A stretch of 64,000 nt of DNA from a virus, in the IMG/VR virus record IMGVR_UViG_3300045988_174992; one strand, 5' to 3'. Position 1 is the first letter of the stretch. The number at the start of each line of letters is the position of its first letter. Below the pieces are notes generated by a model that was given only the letters and a program-made list of their open reading frames with translations, ran no database searches and was not told where the DNA came from. Below, piece by piece: positions 10,326-17,539 of the stretch. A program made the position numbers and the translations under genes.

Positions 10326-10766
10326 ATGAAAAGTTTAACTAACTATATTTGCGAAGCTATGAAGAAGAAATTCAATGGCTTCGCAATTCTCAAACCAGAA
10401 TTCTTGGATATCAAAGATGATTTTGAAGATATGTTAGAAGATGCTGGTTGGGATATAACTAACTATAAGACTATAAAGATGAACTTGGATGAAGCAAGAG
10501 AGCTTTATAAAGTACATGAAAAGGAAGATTTCTATGATGATCTTTGTCATTACATGAGTTCAGGTAACTGTATAGCTTACAAACTTTATAAAGATTGTAA
10601 AGACCCTATAAAAGACTTGAAGAAAGTAAAAGATGAAGTAAGAGACAAATATGGTAAAGATGATATGAAGAACTGCATGCATAGTTCTGATTCTAAAGAA
10701 AATGTGGAAAGAGAAGCAGATATCTGTTTCAAAATAAATAATGAACTAGACAAAGATGAAGATTAA
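10326..10766 (+). CDS. ndk: nucleoside diphosphate kinase-like protein with CTS-like N-terminus MKSLTNYICE
   Basis: FNGFAILKPEFL parallels NDK ERTFsIIKPnav. DEARELYKVHEKEDFYDDLCHYMSSGNCIAYKL parallels eqArgFYaeH.gkpFFdgLvefMtSGPivv. NCMHSSDSKENVEREADICF matches the active-site N..HgSDS...A.rEi..fF. Confidence 0.8.
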   Translation: MKSLTNYICEAMKKKFNGFAILKPEFLDIKDDFEDMLEDAGWDITNYKTIKMNLDEARELYKVHEKEDFYDDLCHYMSSGNCIAYKLYKDCKDPIKDLKKVKDEVRDKYGKDDMKNCMHSSDSKENVEREADICFKINNELDKDED

Positions 10767-10899
10767 ATGCAACAATTGTGGTAATGAAATAGATTTGACA
10801 GATTATTTCATCAACGAAAGAGCTCATGTTCCTTATATTGTAAAATGTAATGAATGTGATTCATCTGTTTCATACATACCAAATAAGGATGGCTATTAA
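10756..10899 (+). CDS. small zinc-ribbon protein (47 aa), not in ORF track
   Basis: Hand translation gives MKIKCNNCGNEIDLTDYFINERAHVPYIVKCNECDSSVSYIPNKDGY, with two CxxC pairs. It overlaps the ndk-like stop by 11 nt and is followed directly by a terminator hairpin. Confidence 0.5.
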   Translation: MKIKCNNCGNEIDLTDYFINERAHVPYIVKCNECDSSVSYIPNKDGY

Positions 10900-10916
10900 G
10901 CCATCCTTTTATTTTA
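10885..10916. terminator. bidirectional intrinsic terminator between convergent genes
   Basis: AAGGATGGCT-ATTA-AGCCATCCTT (10-bp stem) followed by a T-run and preceded by an A-run. Confidence 0.7.
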
Positions 10917-11270
10917 TTCTTCTGGATCAAGTTTCTGGTTTGCATCTGAAGCATACCAAATAACCATTCTCATTGTTTTTGCAACAGCATATTCTACTTG
11001 GCATCCTTTAGAATCATTATATCCTTTACATAAATAGATATAGTCACATTCAAGCAAATCTTTGATATCTTCACCTAAATGCCAAGACCAAGGATGCGTA
11101 GGAGCATTAGGGTCTAGGCCATTCTCATCGAAATCATCAATATTGGTAGGACCATAAATCAATGCATCTGGATATTCTTTTCTAATCTCTTCTACAGCTT
11201 TATCATATCTCTTTCTTACTGATTTCTGATGATAAGCCATAGGTAAGCTAACATAAAATTTTAGTGCCAT
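10914..11270 (-). CDS. DUF4406 / nucleoside 2-deoxyribosyltransferase-like protein
   Basis: 118 aa. The pattern ...LLECDYIYLCKGYNDSKGCQVEYAVAKTMRMVIW resembles the family signature cD.i..l.gW..S.G...E...A...g..v. Confidence 0.45.
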   Translation of the reverse strand: MALKFYVSLPMAYHQKSVRKRYDKAVEEIRKEYPDALIYGPTNIDDFDENGLDPNAPTHPWSWHLGEDIKDLLECDYIYLCKGYNDSKGCQVEYAVAKTMRMVIWYASDANQKLDPEE

Positions 11271-11285
11271 TTTAACATTTTTAAA

Positions 11286-12623
11286 TTACATAAAATAATT
11301 TCTATTCTCTTCAATATAATCAGGATAGACACCATCTAATGCATTCTTAAGAAAATCTTCCACTTTGGTTGCAACACCATTAATAAGACCTTCTACTATA
11401 TCATTAGGTACCATTCTGAAGAAATGGATCTCATTAGCAGGCTTGAACTTATCATCCATGAATATAACCATAGTAATACCATTAGCATAACCTGCTGCTT
11501 TTATCTTATTCATATTAATTACATTGAATGGAATAGCAGATGGTCTTGGTATAGAAACCATCGAACCATCTGTATTCATGTAATTCAACTTATTAGGATT
11601 CAACTTAACAATTTTCAACATAGAATTTTCATAATTTGGATTAGGAATTTGTTCGACCTTGTCTAGTGTACCATACTTGTTCAAGTACTTTTCAAAATCA
11701 CCATGCTTAATCTTGAATATGATACGATCACCATTCTTACGAAGCAATCCATCTGGTGTCTTCAATACAAGACCTTCTGCTACATAGCTATCATCTTCTG
11801 CTAATGGATCCTTAAAACCCTTCTTAACATAATCGATAGCTTCATCAATAGTAAACTGCCCAATACTAATTACCTTAGGAATTCCAATCTCATCAAGAAT
11901 TGCATCTCGTTCTGGAGTATTCAAATAAACTGAAGAACCATCTCTGTTAGTTACCTTAACATCAAAAGCTCTGAAACTTACACTATCCTTAAGATATCTG
12001 CATCCGGACTTACCAATCTTCTTTCCATAACCTTCACCATAGATAGTGAACATCTTAGGCAATGTACAATTCTCTTCATCAACCATATAGTCATCAACAA
12101 CGATGGCATCTGGATCATCAAATGGCTTCTGATTAAGAGTATGACAACCAAATTTCTTAATATATCCACGTTCAAGCATCCAATCAACGTTTTCCTGAAT
12201 ATTCAATCCAGTTTCAAAATCTCTTGTACACATGTAAGATTCTGGAAGTCTAAATGCTTTAAAAATCTTACCTACAAGGTCACCATTACCTTCTAGCTTC
12301 TTACCATCAGATGAAACATAAGTATTCCACATGAAGTCATCAAGAATAGGTGGAATATTAGCATTGTCTGTCTTACCCTTAATACCAATTCCACATGACA
12401 ATGATACAGTACCATGACAAAGCTTATCTGTAATCTGTGGATAAACTTCAATACGCATGTTTGTACCATCAATCTTGATAGTGGCATCAAACTTACAATT
12501 TCTCAACCATTCAAACTCTGGAAGAGTAAAATTATCATAAGGCATGATAATGTTGTTGATATCACGCTTGAAGATAGTATTAATCTTCTGATATGTATTT
12601 TCTGATCTCTTTTGCTTTCCCAT
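11286..12623 (-). CDS. RNA ligase, Rnl2-like nucleotidyltransferase with C-terminal extension
   Basis: Motif I is ATIKIDGTNM (compare T4 Rnl2 EKIHGTNF). Motif III/IIIa is TIYGEGYGKKIGK, motif IV is AEGLVLKTP, and motif V is IIFKIKHGDFEK. Confidence 0.7.
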   Translation of the reverse strand: MGKQKRSENTYQKINTIFKRDINNIIMPYDNFTLPEFEWLRNCKFDATIKIDGTNMRIEVYPQITDKLCHGTVSLSCGIGIKGKTDNANIPPILDDFMWNTYVSSDGKKLEGNGDLVGKIFKAFRLPESYMCTRDFETGLNIQENVDWMLERGYIKKFGCHTLNQKPFDDPDAIVVDDYMVDEENCTLPKMFTIYGEGYGKKIGKSGCRYLKDSVSFRAFDVKVTNRDGSSVYLNTPERDAILDEIGIPKVISIGQFTIDEAIDYVKKGFKDPLAEDDSYVAEGLVLKTPDGLLRKNGDRIIFKIKHGDFEKYLNKYGTLDKVEQIPNPNYENSMLKIVKLNPNKLNYMNTDGSMVSIPRPSAIPFNVINMNKIKAAGYANGITMVIFMDDKFKPANEIHFFRMVPNDIVEGLINGVATKVEDFLKNALDGVYPDYIEENRNYFM

Positions 12624-12643
12624 GATTTATTTAATTTAAAATT

Positions 12644-12913
12644 TTAATTTCCTTCTCTGGATACAATCTCAAGATGTGGAATAGTTACCTTGACCAACTG
12701 ATTTGCATATCTAAGGCAAGTACCAGATTCATAAACTTTCACTGGTTCACTATCATTATTAGTTTCTGTTCCAAACTGATGGTATAGACAACGAATCTTT
12801 ACTTTAGTTGGGCAGAACTTCATGATATATCCAAGATGTGTATCTGTTTCCTGGTCACCATAAACTACAATATCACCTACATTCAAATAATTGTTTAAAA
12901 CATCTCTATGCAT
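12644..12913 (-). CDS. hypothetical protein (89 aa)
   Basis: ORF in a co-directional array. No motif recognised. Confidence 0.55.
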   Translation of the reverse strand: MHRDVLNNYLNVGDIVVYGDQETDTHLGYIMKFCPTKVKIRCLYHQFGTETNNDSEPVKVYESGTCLRYANQLVKVTIPHLEIVSREGN

Positions 12914-12925
12914 GATAAATGAATT

Positions 12926-13234
12926 TTAATTGAACATATCATCTGATTCCTGTGTCTCGATAGAAACCAATGATTCCTCCTGAAATGAACGCCAAGCTGA
13001 CTTATCCAAATCAAAGTAAGCAATTACACCAGTCTTTGGAGTACCTTCACCTGATGGAATTGCATTTTCATCAATGGATTTAATCCTATCAATTTTCTTT
13101 GTACCTCTAGCATGTCTAAGTTCACCATTCTTTTTCCTATAAGAAAAATTAACTACATTTTCTGTTTTAAGAATGTGATTTAACTTTTGCAATAAACTTT
13201 CTTTATTCATAATTATTATAATTTTGTTTGACAT
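12926..13234 (-). CDS. hypothetical protein (102 aa), possible small beta-barrel (DUF2693-like) protein
   Basis: FSYRKKNGELRHARGT resembles the F.F.K.dG..R.a.GT signature. The start codon abuts the promoter -7 box. Confidence 0.55.
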   Translation of the reverse strand: MSNKIIIIMNKESLLQKLNHILKTENVVNFSYRKKNGELRHARGTKKIDRIKSIDENAIPSGEGTPKTGVIAYFDLDKSAWRSFQEESLVSIETQESDDMFN

Positions 13235-13268
13235 ATATAATATAGAAACAAATAAAGAAATTTCAAAA
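13235..13268 (-). promoter_or_regulatory. host-type promoter; start codon directly abuts the -7 box (leaderless arrangement)
   Basis: Minus strand reads TTTTGAAATTTCTTTATTTGTTTCTATATTATATATG (TTTG-N19-TATATTAT, then ATG of 12926..13234). Confidence 0.6.
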
Positions 13269-13583
13269 TTATTTGGATAAAGTCTTTATTTCTTCTACAT
13301 TTATCTTAGGAATAATATATAAAGTATCTTTATGGTTTCCAAAAAAGTAAATGTTGTCATTTGTTTGTCCATATATGACAGAGGTGGCATTCACTTTATT
13401 CTTTGTTCCATCTTTATAAGTTACTTCAAATGTGGTCGATGTGTTATGTACTGGAGTTTCTTCAACATAAGAATCATAAGTATGTTGGGTTTGAGTACCA
13501 ATGATACATCTAGTGTACCCTAAATATATGAACAAAGATACAAATAAAATTATTACAAAATTTCGTATTGTCTTATCACTCAT
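13269..13583 (-). CDS. membrane-anchored hypothetical protein (104 aa)
   Basis: N-terminal hydrophobic segment FVIILFVSLFIYLGY. Overlaps the upstream gene by 8 nt. Confidence 0.6.
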   Translation of the reverse strand: MSDKTIRNFVIILFVSLFIYLGYTRCIIGTQTQHTYDSYVEETPVHNTSTTFEVTYKDGTKNKVNATSVIYGQTNDNIYFFGNHKDTLYIIPKINVEEIKTLSK

Positions 13584-14259
13584 ATTTCTTTGTAGTATAG
13601 TTGTACATCAATATTCTGTCACCAAAAGAAAAGTCAAATTTCTCTTTCCAGCCTTTCTTATATTGAATCTTAGAAAAATGACATTTCAATTTAATTAAAT
13701 CATCATAAGTCAATCCATGTTCTGGATCTGTTTGTATAAGCCTTGGAAATTGCTCTATCAACATATCTGTATCATCATCAACAATCATATAGTAGCTTGG
13801 TTTGAACTCATCAACCCATACTTTGATTTCATCACCACGACACCATCGCTTACCATTTGTTCTACCTAAATTCAATCTGCAAGTTTGTCCTATGATATAA
13901 GGAGATATCTTATTCAAATATGGTATGCTATCTAAAGATTTGAATGTTTCATAGATATTACCAGACCTTCTCCAAGATGATGACAATACCAACATGAAAC
14001 CTGTTGATTGCAAAAATTCAATCAACATATCAACTGCTTTGGGATCACAAAAATTATGATAATTAGGATTTGGATTCTTGTACAATTCTTCAGCCCAATC
14101 ACCACTATTCAACACACCATCAATATCAAGAAATATGATAGGAGTACAACATTTTTCTTTCCAATCTGCATCAACAATACCTGCATAATTAGTTAGCCAC
14201 ATTCTCTTCTTTGGATCCTTTGGATACATGAAAACCGGATTATTATTACGATATGCCAT
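13576..14259 (-). CDS. HAD-superfamily phosphatase (RNA-repair-associated HAD type)
   Basis: Motif I is IIFLDIDGVLNSG, followed by LVLSSSWRRSG and MIVDDDTD. This is the pattern of HAD domains found with RNA-repair ligases and kinases. Confidence 0.6.
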   Translation of the reverse strand: MAYRNNNPVFMYPKDPKKRMWLTNYAGIVDADWKEKCCTPIIFLDIDGVLNSGDWAEELYKNPNPNYHNFCDPKAVDMLIEFLQSTGFMLVLSSSWRRSGNIYETFKSLDSIPYLNKISPYIIGQTCRLNLGRTNGKRWCRGDEIKVWVDEFKPSYYMIVDDDTDMLIEQFPRLIQTDPEHGLTYDDLIKLKCHFSKIQYKKGWKEKFDFSFGDRILMYNYTTKKYE

Positions 14260-14264
14260 AGTTT

Positions 14265-14459
14265 TTACTTCTCTACTTCTTTGTATTTTCTCTTCAAAAA
14301 TACTACAAACTTATCATCATACATGTGTTCAACACTAAATGCTTCCCAACCATCAGCACCATCTAGCTTACTATCTACTTGGTCATAGGTAATATCGTGT
14401 ACTGTTACAATTTGCGTACGATATTCCCATTTGTCATCTTCAATCATTTTGTATATCAT
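14265..14459 (-). CDS. hypothetical small protein (64 aa)
   Basis: ORF packed between neighbours with 3-5 nt spacers. Confidence 0.5.
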   Translation of the reverse strand: MIYKMIEDDKWEYRTQIVTVHDITYDQVDSKLDGADGWEAFSVEHMYDDKFVVFLKRKYKEVEK

Positions 14460-14462
14460 ATC

Positions 14463-14939
14463 TTATTTACCGTTAGTGAGTTTCCAAATCTGCTTATCTA
14501 CATCCTTCTTTACAACTTCAAGATAGTTGTTATATGCATCAATTATATGCTGAATATCCTCACCATTCAAAATTGTGAAATTCCAATGTTCATTCAAATC
14601 TTCGATTGTATGGTCATTTCGAAGAATGTAAGGATTCATGAACTTATGGAGAATATCAAATACATCATGACGAGAAGTAACATCTAACTCTGTATCAATA
14701 GTAATTTCTGGGTCATCACTATAAAGATACTTCTTTACAAAGTAATAAGCTGGCATGCTGATAATCCAACAGCCATCTAAAACTTGATAACCACTAGGGT
14801 ATTTCGACATACAAATTCGAATATCATTATCTGAATTCAACAAATTCTTTACTGAATATCTGTCTTTATGAGTAAGCTTTACTGCTTCAATTGTATTTGG
14901 ATTGATAAACATAATAATGTATTTTATTAATATAAACAT
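14463..14939 (-). CDS. hypothetical protein (158 aa; alternative start at 14912)
   Basis: ORF downstream of promoter 14973-15006. No motif recognised. Confidence 0.6.
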   Translation of the reverse strand: MFILIKYIIMFINPNTIEAVKLTHKDRYSVKNLLNSDNDIRICMSKYPSGYQVLDGCWIISMPAYYFVKKYLYSDDPEITIDTELDVTSRHDVFDILHKFMNPYILRNDHTIEDLNEHWNFTILNGEDIQHIIDAYNNYLEVVKKDVDKQIWKLTNGK

Positions 14940-14972
14940 TAAAACCTGTTCTGTATCTTAAATTTTTTACAT

Positions 14973-15006
14973 TTAAAATATAGAACAGGTTTTATAAATT
15001 TCAAAA
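14973..15006 (-). promoter_or_regulatory. host-type promoter inside a long inverted repeat
   Basis: Minus strand reads TTTTGAAATTTATAAAACCTGTTCTATATTTTAAATGTAA. AAAACCTGTTCT (14941-14952) pairs with AGAACAGGTTTT (14982-14993). The motif-terminal ATG is followed immediately by TAA. Confidence 0.55.
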
Positions 15007-15017
15007 TAAATATAAGA

Positions 15018-15671
15018 TTAACTAATTTTTACTACATTTGCCGGAACAATCTCACCATCATCTCTAATATAGTCCCATCTGGGTGTTAAACCACTATCTT
15101 TATATTTTCCATAAGTATATAAATTAAAATTTCTACCGTAAACTGTTGTGGTTTCATTATATCCACTAGTAACCCTAATACTAAAATCTTCTATTTTAGG
15201 TTCACTTGCACTATCCATCATAGAAATTTCTACATATTGTACTTCACCTGATCCATCAGATTTTACATTAAGCAAATGAAATCTGTTTGGGTTATCAGTG
15301 TATGTTGGAGCAAAATCCCTAGTTGTTAAAAAAGCACCACAATCCTCATATAAAAGTGGATCAAACACTATATTTATAGCTAATTGTAAAGAATATTGAT
15401 GCAGTTGTTGAGTTTTCTTAAAATAAAATGTTTTCTTAATACCCCCACCACCATTTCTCCAATCCCCATATATTGTTTCACAATAGCAATCATAATTACT
15501 ACTATCTCCATCATCATATCCATTATAAGTTATACTATAATTTCCATTAGAATCTGGTCCTGTCATATTACTGCTAAAATTATTTGGATAGTGATTAATG
15601 TCACCACTAAAACATTCTGATTCATATTTTTCTACACTACCACTTTTAGTATAACATCTTGCTGAAGCCAT
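15018..15671 (-). CDS. hypothetical protein (217 aa), possibly structural/receptor-related
   Basis: ORF divergent from the fibre-like genes. Gly/Asn/Tyr/Asp-rich N-terminal half. No motif recognised. Confidence 0.6.
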   Translation of the reverse strand: MASARCYTKSGSVEKYESECFSGDINHYPNNFSSNMTGPDSNGNYSITYNGYDDGDSSNYDCYCETIYGDWRNGGGGIKKTFYFKKTQQLHQYSLQLAINIVFDPLLYEDCGAFLTTRDFAPTYTDNPNRFHLLNVKSDGSGEVQYVEISMMDSASEPKIEDFSIRVTSGYNETTTVYGRNFNLYTYGKYKDSGLTPRWDYIRDDGEIVPANVVKIS

Positions 15672-15904
15672 ATTATTTCATAAACAGCGCTTTAGGGAAG
15701 TTCCCTCTATTCTACATAACTCCTCATGTTGCACTTTATGGCATATCATATAAGTGTATTTCATTAATTATTCATAAAATTACAACGAGTCAGTAGCGAT
15801 TCATTGATTTGTAGCTATATAAAAATAAAATGGTATACCTGTTGAACATTAAATTTCTTTCAAGTTCAATTTTTATATAACTAAACATTGAACTTCAAAA
15901 TCAA

Positions 15905-17503
15905 ATGCCAGTAATACTTCAAAGTGGATATGTATTTCAGGGTGATAGCAAAGCCTTACCAAAGATAGTAACAAACAGTAAGCTTGGATCTTTTGTATTC
16001 AGGGGTACTTCTTGGGACTGGTCTAACTTGGTATTCAGCGGCTCTGCTAACACCTTGCAATTTGTTCCTGATCCTAATGATGGAGGATTGCAGGGGGACT
16101 TCAGTATAGGTACAGGTTCTGTTACTTCAGCTTATCCTAACAAACAATCTACTTTTGATTTTGATCCTAATAAGGTCTTTGAACTAGAACCTGCTGGTGG
16201 AACAGGCTATTTTGATTTGAAGGCAAGAGAGCTTACTTATACCTGGAAGTTTGGACCTATCCTTGCTTCTTACCAATACACTAAATCAGATAACTATATG
16301 GAATTTATTGAAGGTAAATTTTTATTTACCGGTATTTCTAATTCTTATAGAGGAGTAAACCATACAACAGTTTATCCTGAAAATAAATTAGAAGGAAATA
16401 CATATATCCAATATCATTATCTTGATGTATTACGTTCTTCTGTTTCTTTAAATTCTAATAATTGGACAAACAAACCTGTTGAAAGTTCTTCTACTGACTA
16501 TACTGTTTCTTTTTCTATAGGTCCTAACAATACACCAGAAGCAGCTTATACTGAAGTGAGATTCATAGGTTTTTCTAATGAAGCTTTGGGATGGGAATAT
16601 TTTGAACCTTCATCATCTTTTGGAACAATTAAACTAAATCATCCAAGAGCAGTTCCATTTACAAATGAAGAAAATCAACGTTCTTTACCTGATGCTAGCC
16701 TACCTAAAGAATTCACTTTGTTGAAAGTTTGGCAAAAACCTAACATTCTCTATTATGCTCACTTGAAGTTTATAAATTTGGATTATACAGATTATGATAA
16801 TCCACCATCTAATGCAAATGTATTGGAACATTGGTATTCAAATTGGGATGTAAAAAGAAGAGAAATATTGCTTTACATAGAATTTGGAGTAAGCCCTAAT
16901 GGTGGTAAGACAATATGGTGGAATGGGCTAGAATCAAACCCAAATATAGGAGGTACAATAGGAGCTAAGCTTGTTGCTAGAGGTATTACTACCATAGTGC
17001 CTAATGACATCAATAAGTACTTGACTGCCACTCTACTCAATTATTCTACTAAACCAGGAAATGTAAATGGTAAACCAGAAGGTGAATCACCTGATAACAG
17101 ATATAACATATCTACATCTTCTGCTACAGTTCATGGTACTAATACATTCAAATATGTAAGAATACCTATATGGACCGATTTACCAAATGATGAATATGCA
17201 AACAACAGTGAAAACACTATCCAGAAATATGAATGTATCAATTTTTCTGATGTACAAACAAATACTACAGCTACACATAATGAAGATATTGGTATAGATG
17301 CAAGCACTAAAAGGAGATCTGATGAATATTGGGCTAAATATCAAGAAAATTCTGAATCATCGGAAAAATTCCAGATAGGAAGAAAAAACAGAACTAACAA
17401 TTGGAGAACTGATATTCATATAGACTTGTTCTACAAGAAATATCCTTTGAAATATAAAGGGTCAACTGATGGTAAGACAGTAACTTCTAAATTAACTTCC
17501 TAA
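15905..17503 (+). CDS. putative tail fibre / structural protein (532 aa)
   Basis: Long ORF immediately upstream of the 1653-aa fibre-like ORF. Ser/Thr/Asn/Gly-rich beta-type composition. Confidence 0.6.
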   Translation: MPVILQSGYVFQGDSKALPKIVTNSKLGSFVFRGTSWDWSNLVFSGSANTLQFVPDPNDGGLQGDFSIGTGSVTSAYPNKQSTFDFDPNKVFELEPAGGTGYFDLKARELTYTWKFGPILASYQYTKSDNYMEFIEGKFLFTGISNSYRGVNHTTVYPENKLEGNTYIQYHYLDVLRSSVSLNSNNWTNKPVESSSTDYTVSFSIGPNNTPEAAYTEVRFIGFSNEALGWEYFEPSSSFGTIKLNHPRAVPFTNEENQRSLPDASLPKEFTLLKVWQKPNILYYAHLKFINLDYTDYDNPPSNANVLEHWYSNWDVKRREILLYIEFGVSPNGGKTIWWNGLESNPNIGGTIGAKLVARGITTIVPNDINKYLTATLLNYSTKPGNVNGKPEGESPDNRYNISTSSATVHGTNTFKYVRIPIWTDLPNDEYANNSENTIQKYECINFSDVQTNTTATHNEDIGIDASTKRRSDEYWAKYQENSESSEKFQIGRKNRTNNWRTDIHIDLFYKKYPLKYKGSTDGKTVTSKLTS

Positions 17504-17539
17504 ATAGAAAGAATTTAAATTACATTATTAAAATACTCT

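Noticed and set aside
15686-15707. Possible fourth, degenerate copy of the GC-rich intergenic element (shares GCGCTTT with copy C).
   Set aside because: Similarity is limited to a 7-mer plus a differently placed hairpin. It is not alignable across the conserved blocks.
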